Origin: an uncultured Candidatus Saccharibacteria bacterium
Lineage (GTDB): Bacteria > Patescibacteriota > UBA1384 > XYA2-FULL-43-10 > 1-14-0-10-43-13
Length of the DNA stretch: 32,000 bases
Direction of reading: 5' to 3'
Assembly: GCA_964543385.1 (NCBI GenBank)
Contig: CAZIYE010000001.1
Span: 120,001-152,000, forward strand
Of this stretch, positions 6,385-14,950 are shown piece by piece. The notes beneath the pieces were generated by a model. That model was not told where the DNA came from. It ran no database searches and saw only the letters and a list, made by a program, of their open reading frames with translations. A program made the translations under genes and the position numbers. How positions within the stretch are numbered: the first letter of the stretch is position 1; each line of letters starts with the position of its first letter.

Positions 6385-9297
6385 ATGCAGCAGGATCTAT
6401 TCTCACACAGTCCATCAAAAAGCAAAATTTTAGATGGCCTAAATGAAGCCCAAGCCCAAGCAGTAGCTCATAATACTGGCCCGCTTTTGATTATTGCCGG
6501 TGCGGGAACAGGCAAGACAACAGTTATCACACGTCGTATCGCTTATCTGATAGAACGAAAAATTGCTAAACCCTCAGAAATCCTAGCTCTTACTTTTACA
6601 GAAAAAGCCGCTTCCGAGATGGAGGAGAGGGTTGATCAATTAGTTCCTTACGGCTATACAGACATGTGGATTTCCACCTTTCACGCTTTTGGCGACAGAC
6701 TGCTTAGGGACTTCTCTCTAGACCTCGGTTTGCCAGCCAATTTCAAAGTTTTGACGGCAACTGAACAAGCGATTTTCATGCGCCAAAATATCTACGCTTT
6801 TGATTTAAATTATTTTCGTCCGATCGCAAATCCACTTTCGCATATTAGCGCTCTGTTAAATCACTTTTCCAGACTCAAAGACGAATTAATTAACTCAGAA
6901 CAATATCTTGGATTTGCGCAACAAAATAAAGCCAAGGCAAACACTAAAGATGAGATCATCGAGGCTGAAAAAATACTTGAATTAGCAAGTGCCTATCAAA
7001 GATATCAAGATTTAATGATCCAATCAGGTAACCTTGATTTCGGCGATCAGATATACCTAACTTATAAATTATTAAAAGAAAATAAAAAAGTTTTAAATGA
7101 GTGCCAAGATCGCTTCAAATATATCTTGGTTGATGAATTTCAAGATACCAACCTTGCTCAGAATGAAATTGTAAAACTACTGGCAAGTCGAGATAAAAAT
7201 ATCACCGTAGTTGGAGATGATGACCAATCCATTTACCGTTTCAGAGGCGCATCCATTTCCAACATTATGGATTTCGTAGATTATTATTCTGATGCAAAAC
7301 AAGTAGTCCTAAATAATAATTACCGATCTACACAGGAAATCCTGGATTCTTCATACAAATTAATCAGCCACAATAATCCAGATCGGTTAGAAATACAAAA
7401 CAATATTAATAAGAGGCTAATTTCGCCCAAGCACGGTAGCAATCCAGAATTATTATTCTGCGATAATCTTAGTTGCGAAGCAGATAAAGTTGTCGAAAAA
7501 ATTAAAGGACTAAAAGAAAAACATAATTTTAAGAATAATGATTTTGCATTACTCGTAAGAGCTAACAGCCAAGCCGAACCTTTCCTGCAGTCACTAAATA
7601 TTGCCGGCATTCCATATATTTTCTCCGGTACCTCCGGTTTATTCTCACAAACAGAGATCAAAATGCTCGTGGCATTCCTAAAATCTCTTGTTTATACAGA
7701 CGACTCATTAGCCCTATACCAACTCGCAACTTCAGAGATTTACTCCATATCTCATGAGACTTTAGCTGAATATTATACTAAAGCAAAAAGATACAACCGC
7801 TCGCTAAAAACTATCCTAGAACAATCAGAGAGACAATCTCTTTTTAATGATGACATAAATGAGAATGGTAAATTAAAAGAATTAATCCTTGATATTCAGT
7901 CATATTCCGAAAAGAAAAATGATCCCTGCGGTGAAGTCCTTTATGATTATCTAAAAGAAAAAAAGTATCTAAAAAAACTGATAGAACAAACGTCGGTTGA
8001 AAATGAATTAAAGATTTACAATATTGCGAAATTTTTTGACAGGATTGCCCAATTCAATCACTCTAGCGACGACAAAGGAGTACACGCTTTCTTGAATAAT
8101 CTAGAGCTAATTCTAGAAGTAGGGGATGAAGTTATCACCTCCGACATCGACCCAGATATTGATGCTATTAATATTTTGACGGCTCATGCCTCAAAAGGAT
8201 TAGAGTGGCCAGTCGTTTTTATAGTGAATTGTGTTTCAGATAAATTTCCCGGAAGAAATAGGAGAGATCCGTTACCTATTCCACAAGAGCTCATTAAGGA
8301 AAGACTCCCTGAGGGGGACTTTCATCTGCAAGAGGAGCGAAGATTGTTCTATGTCGCTGCCACTCGTGCCAAGAACTATCTCTTTTTGACCTCAGCAGAG
8401 GATTATGGAGGTAAGCGTACGAAAAAGCTATCTCAGTTCGTCCTAGAGCTCCTGGACCAGCCAGATACCGATAAACTAAAGCACAAACTCTCCCCGTTAG
8501 AAAAGATTGAACGGTTTAAAAAACTTGAGCTTAAAAAGGCCAAACTCCCAAATAAATTTACCGCCGATATTATCAGACTCTCACGCCAGCAAATTGATGA
8601 TTATTTTTCATGTCCAAAAAAGTTTTACTTTGCTCATGTAATAAAGATACCGCTCTTAGAAAACCACTATCTTATGTACGGCACAGCGATTCATGCAGCT
8701 CTTGATCATTATTTTTCAAGAAAAATAAATGGCGCAACTCCAACTTTTGATCAATTAGTAGCTGATTACAATCAAGCTTTTCATAGTATTGGCTTTATTA
8801 CTCGTGATCAGGAAGAGCTTCGTCATAAGCAAGGGATAATTACACTGACCCGGTTCTACGATGAAGACCAGAATAATCCGACCATGCCGACCAAAGTTGA
8901 AGATGCTTTCGAATTTTATGAAAATAAAGTTCGAGTAAATGGCCGTTATGACTTGGTCTGTGGAGAAGGGGATACAACCGAAATAAGAGACTTCAAAACC
9001 TCAGACGTTAAAGAACAAAAAGATGCCGATCGAAGAATAAAAGATTCAACTCAGATGATGATCTATGCTCTTGCTTGGTATGAAAAATATAAAATAATTC
9101 CAAAAACGTCTCTAATTTTTATAGAATCTGGTCTTATGGGCAGTAAAACATTCAGTCTTAAAGATCTTGATAATACCAAGCAGATGATCTTCGAAGTTGC
9201 CGAAGGAATCAGAAAACAAGATATGACTGCCAAACCAGATAGTTACCAATGCAAACTGTGCCCATACTCAGACATATGCCCAGATAGTAAAGTTTAA
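6385..9297 (+). CDS. UvrD/PcrA-type SF1 helicase fused to a C-terminal Cas4/AddB-like PD-(D/E)XK Fe-S nuclease
   Basis: Helicase motifs are present: AGAGTGKTT, ILVDEFQDTN, VVGDDDQSIYRFRGA, NYRST, and LTAHASKGLEWPVVFI...RRLFYVAATRAK. The C-terminal domain (about 8570-9297) has Cys 8611 plus the CKLCPYSDIC cluster (Cys codons at 9250, 9259, 9277) and GRYDLV...EIRDFKT. ATG 6385 is preferred to the track's GTG 6349 (TATAAT at 6373-6378). Confidence 0.9.
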   Translation: MQQDLFSHSPSKSKILDGLNEAQAQAVAHNTGPLLIIAGAGTGKTTVITRRIAYLIERKIAKPSEILALTFTEKAASEMEERVDQLVPYGYTDMWISTFHAFGDRLLRDFSLDLGLPANFKVLTATEQAIFMRQNIYAFDLNYFRPIANPLSHISALLNHFSRLKDELINSEQYLGFAQQNKAKANTKDEIIEAEKILELASAYQRYQDLMIQSGNLDFGDQIYLTYKLLKENKKVLNECQDRFKYILVDEFQDTNLAQNEIVKLLASRDKNITVVGDDDQSIYRFRGASISNIMDFVDYYSDAKQVVLNNNYRSTQEILDSSYKLISHNNPDRLEIQNNINKRLISPKHGSNPELLFCDNLSCEADKVVEKIKGLKEKHNFKNNDFALLVRANSQAEPFLQSLNIAGIPYIFSGTSGLFSQTEIKMLVAFLKSLVYTDDSLALYQLATSEIYSISHETLAEYYTKAKRYNRSLKTILEQSERQSLFNDDINENGKLKELILDIQSYSEKKNDPCGEVLYDYLKEKKYLKKLIEQTSVENELKIYNIAKFFDRIAQFNHSSDDKGVHAFLNNLELILEVGDEVITSDIDPDIDAINILTAHASKGLEWPVVFIVNCVSDKFPGRNRRDPLPIPQELIKERLPEGDFHLQEERRLFYVAATRAKNYLFLTSAEDYGGKRTKKLSQFVLELLDQPDTDKLKHKLSPLEKIERFKKLELKKAKLPNKFTADIIRLSRQQIDDYFSCPKKFYFAHVIKIPLLENHYLMYGTAIHAALDHYFSRKINGATPTFDQLVADYNQAFHSIGFITRDQEELRHKQGIITLTRFYDEDQNNPTMPTKVEDAFEFYENKVRVNGRYDLVCGEGDTTEIRDFKTSDVKEQKDADRRIKDSTQMMIYALAWYEKYKIIPKTSLIFIESGLMGSKTFSLKDLDNTKQMIFEVAEGIRKQDMTAKPDSYQCKLCPYSDICPDSKV

Positions 9298-9307
9298 AGG
9301 GAATAAA

Positions 9308-9898
9308 ATGAAAAAAATATTATTAAATGGCAAAGCCATTGATCTCTCAGAAAACGACTTGTCAATGATTATACATGGCAAAGAGGGGAGCGGTGCTTCA
9401 TTTTTTGCCATTGACGCTGTTGCCAATTTATTCTTGAATGGTTCAAAAGTTCTCTTTTTTACTGCCTTTCCGGCAGCAAAAGAAGAAATTGAGAATCAGC
9501 TTGACGATACTGATCAAGAAAACAATCTCTTTTATCTCGAAGATATAACTGAGATTAATGCTGCAAAATCAGCCAATTTAATCATCATAAAAAGCGGTGA
9601 TACAAGTTTTTTTCATACCGTATTAAAAAAACTCCCGGATATTCAAGAAAGAGTAATCTTTATTAAGAATATTGAAACCCTGCTAAATTTAAATCTGCTT
9701 AACACTATACCGAAGAATAAGTTGCTGCTTTCTGGAGATCTAGGTAAATCTCAGATAAAAGAAGATATTGCTAAACTTAGCTTCAAATCAAAAATTCTCT
9801 TTTCAAGTTGCCAACTACTGGTAGATAACATGCCTATTTTAGATAAATATGAATCATATGCCTGGGGCACAGTCAGAGGAAAATTAACATTGCAATAG
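9308..9898 (+). CDS. Hypothetical protein, RecA/KaiC-like fold suspected, with a degenerate P-loop (GKEGSGAS)
   Basis: This 196-aa ORF lies 10 nt after the helicase stop. A Walker-A-like segment at 9377-9400 lacks the invariant Lys, and a hydrophobic strand + D (LIIIKSGD) resembles Walker B. Confidence 0.6.
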   Translation: MKKILLNGKAIDLSENDLSMIIHGKEGSGASFFAIDAVANLFLNGSKVLFFTAFPAAKEEIENQLDDTDQENNLFYLEDITEINAAKSANLIIIKSGDTSFFHTVLKKLPDIQERVIFIKNIETLLNLNLLNTIPKNKLLLSGDLGKSQIKEDIAKLSFKSKILFSSCQLLVDNMPILDKYESYAWGTVRGKLTLQ

Positions 9899-9916
9899 TT
9901 TAAAGCGGTGTAATCA

Positions 9917-10108
9917 ATGGGAAAAATCAACAAGGAGTGGCACTTGGCCAACAAAATGCCCAAGAATCCAACCACTAAAGAGAGAATCAATTGGCATATT
10001 GAGCATGCCAAACATTGCCAATGTCGGCAAATGCCAGAGAGCATTAAACAAATGATCTTCGACGTCGCCGCCGACATCTGCCAGAACAAAAGGTTTAATA
10101 AGAAATAA
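9917..10108 (+). CDS. Small hypothetical protein with an H..H...C.C motif (possible Zn site)
   Basis: It is 63 aa, with KEWHLANKMPKNPT..ERI.WHIEHAKHCQCR. I have seen this pattern in many uncharacterised small bacterial proteins, but I cannot name a family. Confidence 0.55.
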   Translation: MGKINKEWHLANKMPKNPTTKERINWHIEHAKHCQCRQMPESIKQMIFDVAADICQNKRFNKK

Positions 10109-10188
10109 CGACCACTAGTTTTTAATATTATTAAATTGCTATCATATTTATAGAAACTGCCCTATCTTGTGAAAAGGAGGATGGGTTT

Positions 10189-10662
10189 ATGCGCACCCCG
10201 GATTATCGGCAGTTCAGAGTAGCCAGCCGCCTCGAAGGCACGGCAAGAGAGCAAAAGATAAGAGACATTGCTCTCGCTCTTGTTAACACGGGTAATCTTA
10301 ACGGCTTCTACGCCGCTTGGGATTCCGGCAACCCTGAGCTATGCAGTATTGCATCAGCCGCGATTTGCCTGAACATCCCCGAGATGGTTACCCTCCTCTA
10401 CGATGAGGAATTCGCCTGTGAAATCGCTTGCATCCTTGCAAAGCAGGGTCTCACATCATCCGACCCTGCCATCAGAGGTGAGGCGATCCCCGCATTACAA
10501 TGGATAGCACTTTGTGGTGGCATAAGTTCCATCGCTAAACCGCTATCCAATCTCGTTGGCCAGTTCAACTCCGATGACTTTGTGCCTGAAGAATTCGAGC
10601 AGATACTCGATCTTCATGCAGATATTGCACAAGCCTATGGACCATTTGACCAGGCCGCATGA
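10189..10662 (+). CDS. Hypothetical protein, G+C-rich cassette 1
   Basis: It is 157 aa with a strong SD AAGGAGG (10174-10180) 8 nt before the ATG. Its codon composition is clearly G+C-richer than its neighbours. I recognised no family. Confidence 0.6.
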   Translation: MRTPDYRQFRVASRLEGTAREQKIRDIALALVNTGNLNGFYAAWDSGNPELCSIASAAICLNIPEMVTLLYDEEFACEIACILAKQGLTSSDPAIRGEAIPALQWIALCGGISSIAKPLSNLVGQFNSDDFVPEEFEQILDLHADIAQAYGPFDQAA

Positions 10663-10672
10663 GACCGTTTCC

Positions 10673-10710
10673 GTTGGCGTGGGATCGCAGATTTGCGATC
10701 CCACGCCAAC
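10673..10710 (+). terminator. Perfect 17-bp GC-rich hairpin after cassette 1
   Basis: gttggcgtgggatcgca (10673-10689) pairs with tgcgatcccacgccaac (10694-10710) around loop gatt. There is no strong T-tract, so it may be a terminator or an RNA-stability/insulator element. Confidence 0.6.
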
Positions 10711-10740
10711 CATACAAATTCATTTATAATTTACACGAAA

Positions 10741-11343
10741 ATGATTATGACAAAGATAATTTTAGCTTCCGGCTCACAAGCCAGAAAAAATATAATCTCA
10801 TCACTTAATTTTCCATATATCACGATACCTGCCGATATCGACGAAAAAAGTATTCAAGATAGTGATCCTGCCAAAAGAGCAGAGATGATCGCTATTGCTA
10901 AAGCGGAAAAGATCTCCAAAGAAGAAAAGGCAATAGTTATTGCCGCTGATACCTTCTGTGTTCATGAAAGTGGCAAAGTGCTTGAAAAACCAGAGTCATT
11001 AAATGAAGCAAAAGAAATGCTTAAACTACAGTCTGATTCAGTTGATTTTATTTATAGCGGCTTTTGTTACATCGATAGCATCAATAACTTTAGATTCTCA
11101 GGAGCTGCTGTCACAAAAGTTTATTTTAGAAAATTTTCCGAAGAAGAAATTAATAATTGCATAGAAAATATGCCTGTGCTGACTTGGTCTGGTGCATTTT
11201 ACCCTGGTATTCCTTATGGAGCATCGTTAATCAAAAAAGTTGAAGGCTCGCTTTCTTCTTTTCTATACGGCTTGCCTACAGAATTGCTTATCCCCCAATT
11301 AGAAAAGTCTGGAATTAAATTTTCACCAAAACAAGGATTTTAA
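10741..11343 (+). CDS. maf: Maf-like nucleoside triphosphate pyrophosphatase
   Basis: It has the IILASGSQARKNI and IAADT motifs. The start is moved from track position 10693 (which lies inside the hairpin) to ATG 10741, with 10747 as an alternative. TATAAT lies at 10725-10730. Confidence 0.85.
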   Translation: MIMTKIILASGSQARKNIISSLNFPYITIPADIDEKSIQDSDPAKRAEMIAIAKAEKISKEEKAIVIAADTFCVHESGKVLEKPESLNEAKEMLKLQSDSVDFIYSGFCYIDSINNFRFSGAAVTKVYFRKFSEEEINNCIENMPVLTWSGAFYPGIPYGASLIKKVEGSLSSFLYGLPTELLIPQLEKSGIKFSPKQGF

Positions 11344-11937
11344 ATGAAATTGATTATTGTAAGACACGGTGAGACAGAGGATAACGCAAAGAAAATAATT
11401 CAGGGTCAAAATCCCGGAAAACTATCAGCACTAGGCAAAGAACAGGCTAAGAAAGTAGCTAGCAGATTAAAAAACGAAAAGATTGATTTTATTTATTGCA
11501 GCGATCTTGGAAGAGCAAAAGAAACGCTTGTTCCCATAGTAGAAAGCCACCAGAACATACCCACAATATATGAACCCATGCTAAGAGAGCGTAAGTTTGG
11601 CGTTTTTGATGGCAAAACAATGAAGGATTACAAACAGGCAAAAGACGCCGCAAATGATAGGAAATGGCGACCAGAAAATGGCGAGAACTTTTATGATGTT
11701 AAAAGAAGGATCAGGAAATTTCTAAAACATTTATTAAAAAATCATAGCGGAAATGATACTATATTGATAATTACTCATGGTGGCTGGAAGGGGACATTTT
11801 TCAGTCAAATCATGCAAATACCAAGAGAGAAAGCCTTCTTTCTTCAGTTCGATAATACCTCCGTCTCTAAAATAGAATTACGAGGAGATGGTAAGCACAA
11901 ATTCGGAGTGATCAATTGTACTAAACACCTAGACTGA
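11344..11937 (+). CDS. Histidine phosphatase family protein (phosphoglycerate-mutase-like)
   Basis: It has the N-terminal RHGET..N motif and a second catalytic His in IITHGG. Its start directly abuts the maf stop (TAA-ATG). Confidence 0.85.
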   Translation: MKLIIVRHGETEDNAKKIIQGQNPGKLSALGKEQAKKVASRLKNEKIDFIYCSDLGRAKETLVPIVESHQNIPTIYEPMLRERKFGVFDGKTMKDYKQAKDAANDRKWRPENGENFYDVKRRIRKFLKHLLKNHSGNDTILIITHGGWKGTFFSQIMQIPREKAFFLQFDNTSVSKIELRGDGKHKFGVINCTKHLD

Positions 11938-12015
11938 GATTTGCTATTTTGTTCTTTTTTGTTATATTGAGCTCATCTCCAAAAGAGATAAATCCACTCT
12001 GCATGAGGTGATGTT

Positions 12016-12825
12016 ATGAAGCCCTGGATTGAAGCTTTGCGGTTACCCGCTGGCTTGTTCACAGCATTTACTGTATTTGCCAGCTTCAATCTTGCTGGCC
12101 TGGACTACAAGCTGGCCATCATGCCAGCAATCGTGACTATTACTATATTCTCTGCCACTGTAGCATTGAATGATTGGCACGACCGTCATCGGGATAGTCT
12201 GGCAGGAAAAACCTTTGCTTCCGACAAGGGCGAGACGTACGAATCGTTCTGTTCTGCCCTCTGTCTACTGGCCGTAGGATCAGTCGCACTAATCCGGGAA
12301 ATAAACGGTATGCTCTTGAGCATACTTATGATCTTCTTCGGTTTCACTTACCACAAAACCGAAAAGGTCACTGGATTATCGATGGTAATTGTGGCGATCA
12401 CCACCGCCATTCCAGCGCTGTTTCCACTAACAGTAGTATTTAGTCTTGCTTCGATACTAGTTGCAGTATTTATTGTTGTTATTATGAATGTGCGTGAGAT
12501 CTTCAAGGATTTCAAAGACGTCCCTGTCGACTCTCATCCGACACTAGGGAAAGCAACACTGCCAGTAAAGATTGGTACTGAGAAGTCTATCGTCGTAATA
12601 AGGATCGGACTAATAATAGCCTCTGGGCTGCTAAGTGCCCTGATCTCATGCGATAGTAATCCACTTACTCATGGATTGCTGACATTCTCAATGATTCTGA
12701 TGATCGCTATTGTCCTGATGATATATAACGATCAGAAGAACATCGAAACAATGCACCTACTCCTCGATATCGCCCTCGGGATCGCCGCCATAGCTACTGG
12801 CATCCTTTGGCCGATATTCCACTGA
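12016..12825 (+). CDS. UbiA-family membrane prenyltransferase (G+C-rich cassette 2)
   Basis: It is a 269-aa polytopic protein. The first Asp-rich motif is NDWHDRHRD and the second region is KDFKDVPVD...G..TLPV..G. The SD is GAGGTGA. Confidence 0.75.
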   Translation: MKPWIEALRLPAGLFTAFTVFASFNLAGLDYKLAIMPAIVTITIFSATVALNDWHDRHRDSLAGKTFASDKGETYESFCSALCLLAVGSVALIREINGMLLSILMIFFGFTYHKTEKVTGLSMVIVAITTAIPALFPLTVVFSLASILVAVFIVVIMNVREIFKDFKDVPVDSHPTLGKATLPVKIGTEKSIVVIRIGLIIASGLLSALISCDSNPLTHGLLTFSMILMIAIVLMIYNDQKNIETMHLLLDIALGIAAIATGILWPIFH

Positions 12826-12830
12826 CCCAA

Positions 12831-12869
12831 CCCCTCGCGCAGAGCCTCTCGCCCGAGGGGTTTCTGTTT
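12831..12869 (+). terminator. Intrinsic terminator after the UbiA gene
   Basis: The stem cccctcg...cgagggg is followed by tttctgttt. Confidence 0.65.
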
Positions 12870-12894
12870 AAGTTGGTTTTGGTATAATTAGTCC

Positions 12895-13368
12895 ATGAAT
12901 TTAGACCAAAATAAATTTAAAGACTTCTTGTTCAAAGCAAACGCAAATGGCTATGCTGCAAATGAAGCACGCATCCTTCCCGAGAGGCCAGGCTTTAAGG
13001 AGCTAGAATACAGAGAAGGGGAATGGTATTTTCGTGATTCATACGCTGGACATTTTTGTGCACCAGGGCAAGAAGTTGTCTACTACAAAAATCAACCAAT
13101 TTGGACCATGTCATATAGCGGTGGCATGAAAACAGAGTACCGAAATGACGAATATTTTACAGACGAAACCTTCAAATTTCTAAAAGAAACATTACTGGAA
13201 ATGGACAAGGATAAACCGTTCCGCGGACCATCAAATTACCGTAGAGAAGAATGGTGGTATATTAGTAAGATAAAGGGTGATATCGATGATTTTATAGGCA
13301 ACGAAAAAATATACAATAACAATAAGCTTGTTTTCGAGCAAAACTTTATCGGCGGAATAATAATATAA
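12895..13368 (+). CDS. Hypothetical protein (resembles DUF5680-type proteins; low certainty)
   Basis: It is a 157-aa ORF. An extended -10 TGgTATAAT (12880-12888) ends 6 nt before the ATG and no SD is present, which suggests a leaderless transcript. Confidence 0.6.
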   Translation: MNLDQNKFKDFLFKANANGYAANEARILPERPGFKELEYREGEWYFRDSYAGHFCAPGQEVVYYKNQPIWTMSYSGGMKTEYRNDEYFTDETFKFLKETLLEMDKDKPFRGPSNYRREEWWYISKIKGDIDDFIGNEKIYNNNKLVFEQNFIGGIII

Positions 13369-13381
13369 ATAAAGGAAATAT

Positions 13382-13660
13382 ATGGGACAAAATGAAGTTA
13401 ATATCAAAGCTGACGATCAAACTATCAAGGGAGCTTATTCAAACAACCTAATAGTTCAGCACACACCCGAAGAATTTGTCTTGGATTTCCTGAATGTTTT
13501 TCCGCCACAAGGAAGTTTAGTTTCACGTATTGTTACTAGCCCTGGCCATATGAAAAGAATTGTTAAAGTAATCGAAGAAAATTTGAAGCTCTATGAGAAA
13601 AATTTCGGACAGATCAAAGAAGCCGATGAACCCAAAAGAAGTATTGGTTTTAAAGTCTAA
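13382..13660 (+). CDS. Hypothetical protein (DUF3467-like)
   Basis: It is 92 aa, and the pattern Y.N...V.HTPEEFVLDF is reminiscent of DUF3467. AAGGAAA lies upstream. Confidence 0.6.
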   Translation: MGQNEVNIKADDQTIKGAYSNNLIVQHTPEEFVLDFLNVFPPQGSLVSRIVTSPGHMKRIVKVIEENLKLYEKNFGQIKEADEPKRSIGFKV

Positions 13661-13691
13661 AATTTTAAACTATTTTTAAAAAAGGAATCGA

Positions 13692-14378
13692 TTGCCTGGC
13701 GAAATCCCTAGTGGTCTTGGAGAAATAATGCCTCCAAAAACTGAAGTAAATACACTTCGGTCGATTGAAGGCGCAGACACTCAAATACAGCGTACCGATA
13801 GGGGACTTGGATCATACGAAGATATCTTTGGCCCACTATATAAAGAAGTAAAAGATAAAGTTGTATTGGATCTTGGCTCAGGTCCGACCCAGCGTTTTGC
13901 ACGAGAGCTAGAAGCTTGGTATGAACCAAAAATGGTCGTCAATATTGACCCTTTTGCCGAAGAAGAACACGCACGGCATGTTATAAAAGCAAGAGCCGAG
14001 AAATTACCATTCCCTGACGAAAGCATCGATTTAATATATTCGAATAACTCAATTCCCCAATATTTAAGAACAAGAGAAAGTATTATCCACTCACTAAGAG
14101 AGGTAATTAGAGTTCTAAAGCCTGATGGAAAAGCCAATCTTTTTCCTTTAGCTTATATACCTATACCGAGCCAAGAAGGAGAGGAAAGCTATCCTGCGCA
14201 GTATGACGATGATCCAGCCTTTTTCGATGAAATTATCAAGACTTTGCTAGATGAATATAAAGAAGCAATGCGTATATACATACAAAGGACAGGTATCGAG
14301 AGACCATCGTTAATAAATGAGAATCATCAAATTGATGCCAGAAAACTTTTAATTCAAAAGATGAAAAGCCTTAAATAA
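13692..14378 (+). CDS. Class I SAM-dependent methyltransferase
   Basis: It has motif I VLDLGSGP, LPFPDESIDLIYS, and LREVIRVLKPDG. The start is ambiguous between TTG 13692 and ATG 13728. Confidence 0.8.
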   Translation: MPGEIPSGLGEIMPPKTEVNTLRSIEGADTQIQRTDRGLGSYEDIFGPLYKEVKDKVVLDLGSGPTQRFARELEAWYEPKMVVNIDPFAEEEHARHVIKARAEKLPFPDESIDLIYSNNSIPQYLRTRESIIHSLREVIRVLKPDGKANLFPLAYIPIPSQEGEESYPAQYDDDPAFFDEIIKTLLDEYKEAMRIYIQRTGIERPSLINENHQIDARKLLIQKMKSLK

Positions 14379-14402
14379 TTTTTGTCCTGGACTCTTAAAC
14401 TG

Positions 14403-14431
14403 TTGACAAACAGTGACTTTACGTTTATAAT
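14403..14431 (+). promoter_or_regulatory. Consensus sigma70 promoter TTGACA-17 bp-TATAAT (cassette 3)
   Basis: TTGACA lies at 14403-14408 and TATAAT at 14426-14431. It is followed by a ~90-nt leader with hairpins at about 14444-14463 and about 14476-14497. Confidence 0.7.
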
Positions 14432-14527
14432 ATCAAGGTTGTCTAACAAGAGTTCTCTTGTTTGACGCAATAAAAAAGCGCCATGTACTTTTGGCGTTTC
14501 ATATATCCTACCCAGAGGAGGCATTCA

Positions 14528-14929
14528 ATGCCAACAACAGTCCCAACACGCACTCCTGTGGTGCCGGCACCAAAGTTAACAACCGAATTTCGGCGGTTAA
14601 CACGCTGGGAGAGATACTATCGTATGGTATATCTCATCAATCTCGGCGAATCTATACTTGCTGAGATTAGGAATCCAGTGACCCTAGATCCCGGTGATGA
14701 CGCCTCGATACTAGCGCTCAGCCTGGAGCATGCAGAAGCAGACTACCTAACCGCACTTGCACACAAGCGCATTCTCGTAGCAAAACGACTGCAATGTTTC
14801 TTGCATGACCCGCTACCTTCGCACCGAAGAAAGGCCCACTTGGCCTTACGCACTATCATGTGCATGGACATCCTGCCGTTCGCCATCACTTGGCGCACAG
14901 CAATCGCACATGCGAAATGTGCCTCATAA
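14528..14929 (+). CDS. Hypothetical protein, G+C-rich cassette 3
   Basis: It is 133 aa from ATG 14528, preceded by GAGGAGG (14514-14521). The track start at 14483 has no SD. Composition is G+C-rich and I recognised no family. Confidence 0.5.
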   Translation: MPTTVPTRTPVVPAPKLTTEFRRLTRWERYYRMVYLINLGESILAEIRNPVTLDPGDDASILALSLEHAEADYLTALAHKRILVAKRLQCFLHDPLPSHRRKAHLALRTIMCMDILPFAITWRTAIAHAKCAS

Positions 14930-14950
14930 CCATTTCGCAAGATCAGAATT

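Noticed and set aside
9751-10089. The 112-aa minus-strand ORF opposite the 196-aa and 63-aa genes.
   Set aside because: It is antisense to two plus-strand ORFs that have translational-coupling spacing. The peptide is Cys/Leu/Ser-rich and low-complexity, and it has no SD.
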